From Squalus acanthias (Eukaryota): 64,000 nt of DNA. Both the position numbers and the translations under genes were made by a program. The notes beneath the pieces are model-generated. The model saw only the letters and a program-made list of their open reading frames with translations, was not told where the DNA came from and did no database searches. Location: NCBI GenBank assembly GCA_030390025.1, contig CM059432.1, positions 115,942,001-116,006,000 of the forward strand, in the 5' to 3' direction. Every line of letters begins with the position of its first letter. Positions within the stretch are counted from its first letter, which is position 1. Below are positions 25,296 through 36,489 of this stretch, piece after piece.

Positions 25296-28200
25296 TGTCT
25301 GAAGACATTTTTTCCGATTTTAGCAGCTGAGCCGCCTCCAAACCCGCCTCCTCAGGGCTGTTAAAATCCAGCCCTTAGACTCCATTCTGTCAATTCCTTG
25401 TGTTCTACTCCCAACTCCAGAATCCATCAAATGTCATTTTTTGCAGTATCCCTTTAAATACTGGAGTTGAAATCGACTCATGCAGGTCGCCATCACGTCC
25501 GCTCAACCTAATTGGTTGGGAAACCCAGAAGTCATATGCTAATGCAGTGGCTGGGTTAAAAAGCCACTGACAGACGCGTTACACTTACTTCCGGGTTTCC
25601 CGTATGCTGCCAGACCCCTCCCCCCTCCCAACGCGTCGGCAAGTTAAAATTCACCCCACTGAATCCCAATATGCTCTGTCTGGCCTGAAGTGCATCAGCT
25701 AAACAGACTGAAGGACGAAGCAGTGCAATTTAGAATGTCCTTGTATGTTTTGTTTCAATAGAACAAACTACCATCAGAATGCAGGTGGTTCGAGTTGTTT
25801 CCTAAGGTGGCTCTGTATTGACAGCAGTCCTGCAGATTTCCCACCCATCGGCTATACTTTTATAATGTAAAGCTGCTTTTATATTGGTGCTATTAAATTG
25901 GGATTCTGGTCGCCGGACACTCGTGAGTTGGTTCCTGCATCTACTCTGCTAATCCCGACTCCCTAGTCCTGGTGGCATGGCTTGTTCACCTATGATGAAC
26001 TGGGTCTGTGAGTCTGCGCTCGGATAAGGAAGTGGGATTTAGCTCGGTAAACACTGGGTTCCAATTCATAGACCCTGGTCGCCTGGAATTGGAATTACAA
26101 CAGCACCAGTATAAAAGTAGCTGGGTGGAGCATGGCGCCTGTTGGCCAGCCTTGTGCCCCTTTCCTGAAACCAGCACAGCAACATAAAAGCACCTTTAAA
26201 GTGCTTTGGACATGGCTGCAGTGTACTCTGGAGTGGCGACACAGAGAATAGCAGCACATGGTTTCAATTCTTGTGGAGGTGTAGAATGCTAAGTGCTTCT
26301 CCTTTGGAGGAGGGGGGGTGCGGGGGCAGCGTAAATTAGTGAGGTACCTTTTTGCGCACCTCCAGCGGCTGTTTATAGAATGGCAGACCTCCAGCCTTTG
26401 AACTTGACCAGGAAAGGTGCAGAGCTTGTGGAAAACATCTTTTTGGAAACAAACCTTTCTATTGCTGATATTGGTACTAGGACTTTGGAGTGGTGATGTG
26501 AAAAAAAACCCAAAGACATACACGTATCTGTGACTCTACTACCAAAAATTACTGTATGGTGCTGGCATTTCTTGCAAGCTGTTCTGCTCCACCTCAAGCA
26601 CCTGTGAAAAATGTGCACTCTCAATTTTTATTGTCCTGTGGGCAGTGCAGTGTATCCGGAGTAGTCATGTGCAGTGGGAGCTCCATGGTGTGCGCTTTGT
26701 ACTTTGTTACTTTTTCTATTTTTCCCATTGGTGAGTTGGAGTCAGGTGTGCAGACAAGCATCAGGAAGATGGTAAGTATGAGAAGGAGGAATTATGCACA
26801 GTCACAAGTCCGCTGCTAGCTTATTCTTGTAGTCTTTCAATGGTGAGACCCACCACTTGGACAGATCTGGTTTACGGCAGTGCTAGCTCAAAATTCCCGA
26901 TATGGTGGCATTGGCAGTGAAAAATTGAAGTCATGGATGGCAAATTTTTACATTGCATCAGACTTGTCTCTCCCAGCATTTGCACATTATTAAGTACATC
27001 TTGAAGTGAATTCTGGAATGTTGTGCACTGCTGCCAATCTTTCAATATTGTTGATTTTCATACAGGCCAAATATCCCCCTGTGGGCAATTAAAATAAACA
27101 ATCATGCCTCATAATGACTGTAGGAATTGGAGGATCTAATGAGCTTGTTAGGCAGGCTATTCCTGCAGAACATTGAATAGTGGAGTTAACTGTCAGCGCA
27201 GTTATTGCAGCAACACTAGGCTCACTCAAAATGTTAAAAGGTTCAGTAAGTGCTTGCTACAGAATTTAAAGTGTCAAGAATCAGACAGAGTGAGGCAAAT
27301 GAGGCATACAGTGGGAAATGCTATCGTCTTAAAACTAAAGAGCTATCCTGAGATGAGTAAAGTGATATGATCGAACCAGTTTTGGGCCAAATATCCTTTT
27401 TCTTGTTTTCCTATGTTTTCATAAAATACCTGAACAATAGATCCTCTCTATTGAAGGAAGAGGTACTCGGGTCGCATTCTTCATCTAGTATTGACAAAGT
27501 GAGAAGTGTGCTTTTATATAATGTTTCCATTAATGAGACATAAGCCTAGGAATCACTCTTGACGATATCAGTAGATGAACGCTTAGGCTATGACAGCCTT
27601 ATGCCCGTTTGTTTGGCAGAGACTAAAATAAACAGGTTAATACCTGTGTTTAATACCAGACGGAGGAATATCATACGGTAAGCATTTGTCCGCTAATACC
27701 GCCATCAGAATGTTGTAGTGAGAGACTTCTTTATAACACCAACGAAAGAAATATCATTTCACACTATTGTTGTCTCAACTAAGTTGGGGTATATTTTGTT
27801 CTGCATGTAAAGTAATAGAAAAATTATTTTACTAATCCAGGGGTTTATGACAACAGTTTAGTAAAATATTTTTTCTTCAATTTTATGCACAAAGCAAAAA
27901 CATACCCTCTCGGGTAGTTTGGTTTTTCAGACTAAACTTAAGTAATATTAACAACAAAAACCATGAATGTCATCCAGAAAATACTGATGAAGAATACATG
28001 TCAGCCTTATATAATATAGATTTCTACACAAGGATCTGACTAAAATTCTCCCTGACTCATGGAACTAAAACCTGTGGAATGTGCGTCCTCCCACCTTCTA
28101 TGTATTCCGGTTTAGTTTACATTATTAGAAGATTTGGGTTATCCATTCGCACTTTCAACTTAGAATAATGAAATGAGAAACCCAACTTAGCCAAGAACAG

Positions 28201-28371
28201 CCATGCTCTGAGAGTGAATTAAACGTCTAAGTAATTTTCATTGTTAAAAAAAGGTTTTAATATTCATTTCTGAACCATTAAAGTATTAAACTGAATAACT
28301 TCATGGTTCATTCATCACTCAGTTTTGTAATGCTTTTGCCTGGTAATAAAATTATCAGCTAAAACCATTTT

Positions 28372-31300
28372 ACATCTGTGACAAGTGTCTGCTGCTACAG
28401 GAACTCCAGCTCCGTGTTGATGAGCTGGAGTCTGAGCTTCAGACACTGCGACACATCAGGGAGGGGGAGAAGTACCTGGACTCTGTGTTTCAGGAGGTGG
28501 TCACACCTATGAAGTTATTTAATTCAGATGTAGCCCATGGTCAGGGACAGGACGGTGTGACTACGAGTGAGGCAGGTACGGGGATCCAGGAGGTAGTGTT
28601 GGAGGAGCCGCAGCCCTTGCTTTTGTCCAACAGGTTCGAGGTTCTTACTCCCTGTGGGGACGGGAGCAGGGACTGCAGGGAGGATGAGCAACCTGGCCAC
28701 AGCACCGTGGAACGGGGGGCCATTCAAGAGGGGGGAGTAAATAGAAATGTTGTAGTGGTAGGGGATAGTATTATTAGGGGGATAGATAGAGTTCTCTGCA
28801 GCCGAGAGCGAGAGTCTCGTAGGCTGTGTTGCCAGGGTTAAGGACATCTCCTCTGGGCTGGAAAGAAACTTGCAGTGGGAGGGGGTGGATCCAGTTGTTG
28901 TGGTCCATGTTGGTACAAACGACGTAGATAGGACAAGGAAGCCAATTCTGTTAAAGGAGTATGAGCAGCTAGGGGTCAAATTAAAAAACAGAACCTCAAG
29001 GGTAATAATCTCTGGATTATTACCTGAGCCACGAGCGAATTTGGCTAGGACAAATAAAATTAGAGAGCTAAATGAGTGGCTCAAAGACTGGTGTGGGAGA
29101 AATGGGTTTTGCTTCCTGGGACACTGGCACCAGTACTGGGGCAGGAGGGAGCTGTTCCATTGGGACGGGCTTTACTTGGCCAGTGCTGGGACTAGAGTCC
29201 TGGCGGATCAGATAACTAGGGCTGTAGAGAGGGCTTTAAACTAACTAGTGGGGGGGAGGTTCCTAGAGAGCAAATAATAAAAATGACAACAGAGAAGGTC
29301 ATAGACTTAGGTAGCAGTGGGGAAATTAAAAACCAGAGTGTGTCAGGAAGGGGCAGAAGGTATGGAGTAAAAGGTAAAGTAACAAAAAGGGCAAAAACAG
29401 GAACTAAGTGTCACAAAACATATTTGATAGTTCTCTATCTGAATGCACGTAGCATTCGTAACAAAATAGACGAGTTAATGGCACAAATAACTACATATGG
29501 GTATGATCTTGTGGCCATTACAGAAACATGGCTGCAGGGTGACAATGCCTGGGAATTAAACATACCAGGTTATTTAACGATCAGGAAGGACAGGCAGGAA
29601 GGAAGGGGAGGTGGGGTGGCTATGTTAATAAAGGAAGGAATCACTGTAATACAGAGAAATGATATTGGGTCAAAAGATCAGGATAATGAAACAGTTTGGG
29701 TGGAGATAAGGAATAATAAGGGGAAAAAACACTAGTGGGCGTAGTCTATAGGCCTCCGAACAGTTGCAATTCTGTTGGACGGAGTATCAATCAGGAAATA
29801 GTTGAGGCTTGTAATAAGGGAACATCTATAATTATGGGGGATTTTAACTATCATATTAATTGGACAAATCAAATTGGGCAGGGCTGCCTTGAGGATGAGT
29901 TCATTGAGTGTATTAGGGATGGGTTTCTTGAGCAGTATGTAACTGAACCGACCAGGGGGCAAGCAACCTTAGATCTGGTCCTGTGTAACGAGACAGGATT
30001 AATTAAAAATGTCCTAGTAAAGGATCCCCTTGGAATGAGTGACCATAACATGGTTGAATTCCATATTCAATTAGAGGGTGAGAAGGTTGGATCTCAAACA
30101 AGCGTGCTAAGCTTGAATAAAGGAGACTATGAAGGTATGCGAGCGGAATTGAGTAGAGTGGATTGGGAAAATAGATTAAAGGGTAAAACGATACATGATC
30201 AGTGGTGTACATTTAAGGAGTTATTTTACAACTTCCAAAAAAATATATTCCACTGAGAAGAAAAGGGTGTAAAAGAAAAGAGTCATCCGTGGCTAAGTAA
30301 AGAAATTAAGGATAGTATTCGACTAAAAACAAGGGCTCATAAGGTAGCCAAATCTAGTGGGAGGATAGAGGATTGGGAAAACTTTAAAAGACAGCAAAAA
30401 ATAACAAAAAGATTGATTAAGAAAGGGAAAATAGATTATGAAAGTAAATTAGCAAAAAATATAAAAACAGATAGTAAGAGTTTTTATAGTTATATAAAAA
30501 TAAAAAGGGTGGCTAAAGTAAATGTTGGTCCCTTAGAGGATGAGACCGGGAAATTAATGGTGGGAAATATAGAGATGGCAAAAACACTGAATGAATATTT
30601 TGTATCAGTCTTTACAGTAGAGGACACTAAGAATATCCCAACACTGGACAAACAGGGGTCTATGGGGGGGAGGAGCTAAACACGATCAAAATCACTAAGG
30701 AAGTGGTACTCGGTAAAATAATGGGACTCAAGGCGGATAAATCACCTGGACCTGATGGCTTACATCCTAGGGTCTTGAGGGAAGTGGCGGTAGGGATTGT
30801 GGATGCATTGGTAATAATTTTCCAAAACTCCCTGGACTCAGCAAAGATCCCAGCAGACTGGAAAACTGCTAATGTAACACCCTTATTTAAAAAGGGCAGT
30901 AGACAGAAGGCTGGAAACTATACATCGGTTAGCCTAACATCTGTGGTAGGTAAAATTTTGGAGTCCATTATTAAGGAGACAGTAACGGGACATTTGGATA
31001 ATCATAATTTAATAGGACAAAGTCAGCATGGTTTTATGAAGGGGAAGTCAGGTTTGACAAATTTGCTGGAGTTCTTTGAGGAAGTAACATACAGAGTGGA
31101 TAAAGGGGAACCAGTGGATGTGGTGTATTTAGACTTCCAAAAGGCATTTGACAAGGTGCCACACAAAAGATTATTGCTTAAGATAAAAAAATCACGGGAT
31201 TGGGGATAATATTCTGGCATGGATAGAGGATGGGCTATCTAACAGAAGGCAGAGAGTTGGGATAAATGGTTCATTCTCAGACTGGCAATCAGTAACTAGC

Positions 31301-32462
31301 GGTGTTCCGCAGGGGTCGGTGCTGGGTCCCCAACTCTTTACAATCTATATTAACGATTTGGAGGAGGGGACCAAGTGTAACATATCAAAGTTTGCAGATG
31401 ATACTAAGATGGGAGGGAAAGTAGTGAGTGAGGAGGACATAAAAAATCTGCAAGGTGACATAGACAGGCTAAGTAAGTGGGCAGAGATTTGGCAGATGGA
31501 ATACAATACTGGAAAGTGTGAGGTTATGCACTTTGGCAGGAAAAATAGTAGAGCAAGTTATTATCTTAATGGCAAGAAACTGGAAAGTACTGAAGTACAA
31601 AGGGATCTGGGGGTCCTGGTGCATGAAACTCAAAAGGTTAGTATGCAGGTGCAGCAAGTGATTAGGAAGGCCAATGGAATGTTGGCTTTCATTGCTAGGG
31701 GGATAGAATATAAAAATAGGGAGGTATTGCTTCAGTTGTACAGGGTATTGGTGAGACCGCACCTGAAATACTGCATACAGTTTTGGTGTCCATACTTAAG
31801 AAAAGACATACTTGCTCTCGAGTCAGTACAAAGAAGGTTCACTCGGTTAATCCCGGGGATGAGGGGATGGACATATGAGGAGAGGTTGGGTAGATTGGGA
31901 CTCTACTCATTGGAGTTCAGAAGAATGAGAGGCGATCTTATTGAAACATATAAGATTGTGAAGGGGTTGGATCAGGTGGATGCGGGGAGGATGTTCCCGA
32001 TGATGGGTGAGACTAGAACTAGGGGGCATAGTCTTAGAATAAGGGGCTGCTCTTTCAAAACTGAGATGAGAAGGAAGTACTTCACTCAGAGGCTGGTAGG
32101 TCCATGGAATATGCTGTCCCAAAAAGCTGTAGAAGCTACATCATTACATAAATTTAAAACAGAAATAGACAGTTTCCTAGAAGTAAAGGGAATTAAGGGT
32201 TACGGGGAGCGGGCAGGAATTTGGACATGAGTCTAGGTTCGGATCGGTCATGGCCCTGTGGGTAGCGTAGCGGGCCCAGGGGCCGTGTAGCCTGATCCTG
32301 CTCCTATTTCGTGTGTCCAATTCTGTTAGGTTCAGGAGATGGTTCTGTGATAGTAGATTGGCGGTTAGGATCAGATCAGCCATGATCTTATTGAATGGCG
32401 GAGCAGGCTCGAGGGGCCAATTGGCCTACTCCTGCTCTTATTTCTTATGTTCTTATGTTCTT
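28372..32462 (+). mobile_element. Near full-length CR1 LINE: ORF1 (coiled-coil plus SGNH esterase) and ORF2 (APE plus RT), frameshifted
   Basis: ORF1 CDKC..LQLRVDELE, SNRFEVL, VVGDSIIRG, HVGTND, DGLYL; ORF2 YLNARSIRNK...FADD; tail (TTCTTATG)n. Confidence 0.95.
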
Positions 32463-32853
32463 ATTTTCTTGGTGCCCACACTGGAAGTAATAGATTATCG
32501 AAACTTGGATGAAACATGGTAATAGCGGTGCAGCGGCAGAATTACTGACCTATCCCTGCTTTCTTTTTACTCTTTTTCTGAAACAGCCAGGATAAGCAAA
32601 CAAAAAATGCAGCCTCTTCTATTCCAGATGGCAGGAGTCCTGCCCTCACTGCAGTCATGTGTTAAAGAAATGCTCGCATGGCAGATAGGCACTTTCGAAC
32701 CTCAGAGGTTTACAGCACAGAAGCAGGCCAATCGGCCCATTGTATCTTTGGTAGAGCAATCCAAAACTAACCCCACTGTGCCACTCTCTGCCCACAGACC
32801 TGTATCTTCCTCTGCTTCAAATATTTATCCAATTCTCCCTTAAAAGATACAAT

Positions 32854-33041
32854 GGGAGTGAGGTTGGTCTTTGGCGGTAACGCAAAATGGGCGATAGCGA
32901 ATCAGCAGCCTGTTTTACATCACGTCCGATTTTCCTTTCAAGTGAAGTCAATGGTTTAGAGAATTGTTGCGGGTAATAAAAGCCCACTGCCAATTCGTTC
33001 TCACCTGTTGTGTGCTACTGCCAGAGACCAATTTCACCCCC
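32854..33041. mobile_element. Harbinger-type MITE inside a minus-strand CR1 tail (~32700-33180)
   Basis: Imperfect TIRs GGGAGTGAGGTTGGTC / GACCAATTTCACCCCC; TSD AAT. Confidence 0.75.
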
Positions 33042-33559
33042 AATGGTTTCTGCCTCATCCGCTTCCTGTGGCGAAGTATTCCATCTTCCAATAACCTTCT
33101 GAGTAAAGCAATTTCTGCTGAACCCCTTCCTCTCTCTCAGTGACAATTTTAAATTGGTGAACCTCATCACTGATTCCCCGAACCTCGCTTTGTTGAATGG
33201 AAAACATACAACGCCACCAATTTAGCACTCCACCGATGTCAATGATCTGCTAGTCACTATCATTATTGTTTAGAGCAACCAGTTGTTAATATAAAAAGTT
33301 TCACATTTGCCATTCCAATACTGCACAATAAAGGACACAAAGCAGTGTTCCATGTGAGCAGTGTCCTTCTCCCACTCGCACCAGGGTTTATCGTCTCCTG
33401 TGCTGACTGTAAAGCTCCTAGTGGGAATAGGTCCTCTGTACAGAACATGGTTTGGGACAACTTGGTGCTGAATTTGCAACCTAACTCATACAGGCCACAG
33501 TGATGGCCCATTAAGGATACTGCAGGAAATACAAATGTCAAATTGGTTCAATAAGAGAT

Positions 33560-34270
33560 GTTGGCGTCAATTTTGTCTTTTGGCCAGCAAAGAGGCAGCC
33601 ATGAGGTTGAGGCCTCGACTTCATTTGAATTTGGCAGCTGAGGTGCGGTCGTCAAACAGGGGCCCTGATGCAGCTCTCCAAACTTTGGCGTCAGTATCGT
33701 CGGCTGGCTGGGACGCTGGCAGAGGCCCACAGGTAGGTGATCGGGGGGGGTGGGGGTGGCGGAGACACACGAAGCGGGCTCGCCCAGGTTTTCTATGGTC
33801 TGCAGTAGTCTTGTGGAACCAGGAGGAGCACTCCTGCCCTTTCCCGTTCAACAAACAAATCAATTAGAAAAAAAACTTCTGGCCAGTCCCCGATCGGAAC
33901 GCCAGTACACATGCGTGGTGCATTCACGTCGCAAGATCCGCCCGTGTGTCGTTTCAAATTGCAATCGAGCTCCTAACTACGTCATTAGGACTCTGATTTG
34001 CACACTAAAGTGGCCTACTGCTTGTTTCAGGCAGGCACTTCAGCCGCTCAACGGTAGGTCTCTGTGAAAGTTACAATGGGTTGAGCGTCAGGCTTAACAG
34101 GGCGGTAAGGCTACCGATCCCATGCTTAGGCCCATCCTGCCCCATCAATGCTGATTTTTCCCAAGTGTAGATTGGCCCTTCTCCATCTATTGCTTGGGGA
34201 TGTGTTAACATTGGTGAGTAAACACAACATTTTGAATTCTGGCAGGCGAGGTGGTTTAAAATCACCCCCA
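33560..34270. mobile_element. Non-autonomous Harbinger-like element
   Basis: CpG-rich interior ending AAAATCACCCCC; the left boundary is approximate. Confidence 0.45.
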
Positions 34271-34614
34271 CAGATTCTCACAGATGGATGACTACAATTT
34301 TGTTTAAATATAATGGCTTGTGTCCCGGGAGGACTCTTCAACAAGCTGCATTGCCGCTGCAGGTGCAGCAACAACCTGGTCCTTTATCCTGCCACCGTAA
34401 GCAGGCATCAAAAGAAGCTGGCTGGAAAAGTCACACGAACTGTCATCAGGAGAGAGGACAGTTTTCTGTAGATGGATTCTGGCCAAGCCACTAACACTGG
34501 GTCCTGCATCTGAGCGCTCACTGATCAGTGGGAGGACAGACCTGATGGTATCAGTTAGATACTGCAGATCTAGAGAGGTGGTGCCCATAAGCTCTCAGAA
34601 GCCATTTGCCACTT

Positions 34615-34930
34615 TCATAGAATCATAGAAGGAGGCCATTTGGCCCATGTCACCTCTGGTTCTTTTGCCAACCACCTTAAATCTGTGCCCTCTCGTTAAC
34701 GACCTTACAACCATTGGAAATAGTTTTTCTTTAGTATATTCAAGACAGAGATCAATAGATTTTTGAATATTAAGGGAATCAAGGGATATGGGGATAGTGG
34801 GGGAAAGTGGAGATGAGATAGAAGATCAGCCATGATCTTATTGAATGGCGGAGCAGGCTCGAGGGGCCAAATGGCCTACACCTGCTCCTATTTCTTATGT
34901 TCTTCTGTTTAACCCTTCATGATTTTAAAA
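34615..34930. mobile_element. Nested CR1 3' tail fragments, both orientations
   Basis: ATAGAATCATAGAA (minus-strand tail) and a plus-strand tail ending TTCTTATGTTCTT. Confidence 0.75.
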
Positions 34931-35889
34931 ACCTTTCTCTCCAAATGATTCCCCAAAGCTTGAATGTCAGAGGTCAGAGCATCCACTTTGGGTATACTGA
35001 CATGTCTAGAGGTCTCTCTGTTGGGGGGATAGATGCAGATGGTCCTGGTGCCACCACTTGCTCCAGGGAGCAATCCAGAATTCTTCTTTTTAGAGTAGGA
35101 CCCCAGAGAACTGAGTCGACAGGCTCTGGAGCTTGGACTGACTTCTGTGGAGCCTCCATTTCCCATTGTCAGATCCCACTTTCACCTCTGACTCCTCCGG
35201 CACCCTCGTGTGTTGTAAACTCACCCAGTGAAAAACCCTCATTGGAACTATCTACATCCCCTGAGGGGGATTTCTCTGGGCTGGTGAGTAAGAGAGGGAC
35301 AGGATGAATGATGACATGAATGAGGATGTGGCCAGTTGGGCAGGGATGGAAGGCCACTCAACTCTTTCTCTCTCCTCCTCCTCAGTGGCATCTTGCTTTG
35401 AGTTATCTGGGGGAAAAGGAAATGAAGAGGTGCTATAATATTATGCGGCTACCATGACAGTTCCTCTGTAGATTTTGAAGGTGTGTGATCATATTTCTTG
35501 CTAGTGTGATTGTGCTCGCAAGCCTTTACACAGCAAAGCTGCAGATGCTCCACACAAACCTGAAGCTACCATTGGCTCTCCTTATTTCCTTCCCCAACAG
35601 GTTCGGCTACATGGCTCTCCAGATCGCCAAGGCTTCTTCCTCATGAAAGGACAGAGATCTATCATCAGTGAGACCACCACCCATGGCCTGAGATTCCCCG
35701 TGCTTATGGGCAACCTTCTCCTGTGAGAGAGAAGAGGGCATGAGTTTGCAGTGAAGAGTGAGCAGAGCCGTTTGTTACAACAGTTTGACACATCAGGTTA
35801 TTTGAGGCAGTAAAGTCAAGAAAGGACAGGTGGTGGTGAGTTAGCGAAGAATGCTCATGCATGGCACACTTCAAGGGAAGGTTCATTTG

Positions 35890-36241
35890 TAGAATCATAG
35901 AATGGTTACAGCACAGAAGGAGGCCATTCAGCCCGTCGAGCCCGTGCCAACTCTTTGCAAGAGCACTTCAGCTAGTTCCACTCCCCTGCCCATTCCCAGT
36001 AGCCCTGCAATTTTTTTTTCCTTCAGGTACTTATCCAACTCCCTTTTGAAAGCCACGATTGAATCTGCCTCCACCACCCTTTCAGGCAGTGCAATCCAAA
36101 TCCTAACCACTCGCTGTGTAAAAAGGTTTTTTCTTATGTCACCTTTGGTTCTTTTGCCAATCACCTTAAATCTGTGTCCTCTGGTTCTCGCCCCTTCCAC
36201 CAATGGGAACAGTTTCTCTCTATCTACTCTGTCTAGACCCC
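35890..36241 (-). mobile_element. CR1 3' fragment
   Basis: RGLDRVDREKLFPL...TRGHRFKV...FTQRVV. Confidence 0.9.
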
Positions 36242-36371
36242 TCAGCAGGTGACACAGAATGGAAGAAGGCATCAGAAGTTCAGAGTCAAGTCCTATAGCA
36301 CCATATGGGCAATGAAAGAAGAAGTGCCACACATATAAAGAGACTGCAAGGAAGGGTTAGGGGGATAGCTA

Positions 36372-36460
36372 GCTTACCTTGGCTGCTCTGTTGAGGTCAT
36401 TGAATTTATTCCTGCATTGCAAAGGAGTCCTGGGGGTTAAGTGAATGCCCGATACCCTGG
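36372..36460 (-). pseudogene. Myb/SANT exon remnant of an older Harbinger
   Basis: Minus strand reads PRTPLQCRNKFNDLNRAAK followed by a GTAAG donor. Confidence 0.6.
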
Positions 36461-36489
36461 CAGTAGTCACGATTCTTTCATTCTGTGGT

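Larger units (their letters stand above)
22813..25374. mobile_element. Harbinger element H2 (internally deleted), inserted in H1
   Basis: Ends GGCTGCGATTTT / AAAATCCAGCCC; TSD TTA; Myb exon 23281-23520 (+) and transposase C-terminus QRG...EEE...ARDALIHARF (~24465-24690, -). Confidence 0.8.
19419..25657 (+). mobile_element. Harbinger element H1 (outer element of the nest)
   Basis: TIRs GGGTGAATTTTAACTTGC / GCAAGTTAAAATTCACCC; 3-bp TSD ACT; convergent transposase and Myb-like genes. Confidence 0.88.

Noticed and set aside
27380..28370. Possible endogenous viral fragment
   Set aside because: The frames I translated have several stops and no recognisable motif.
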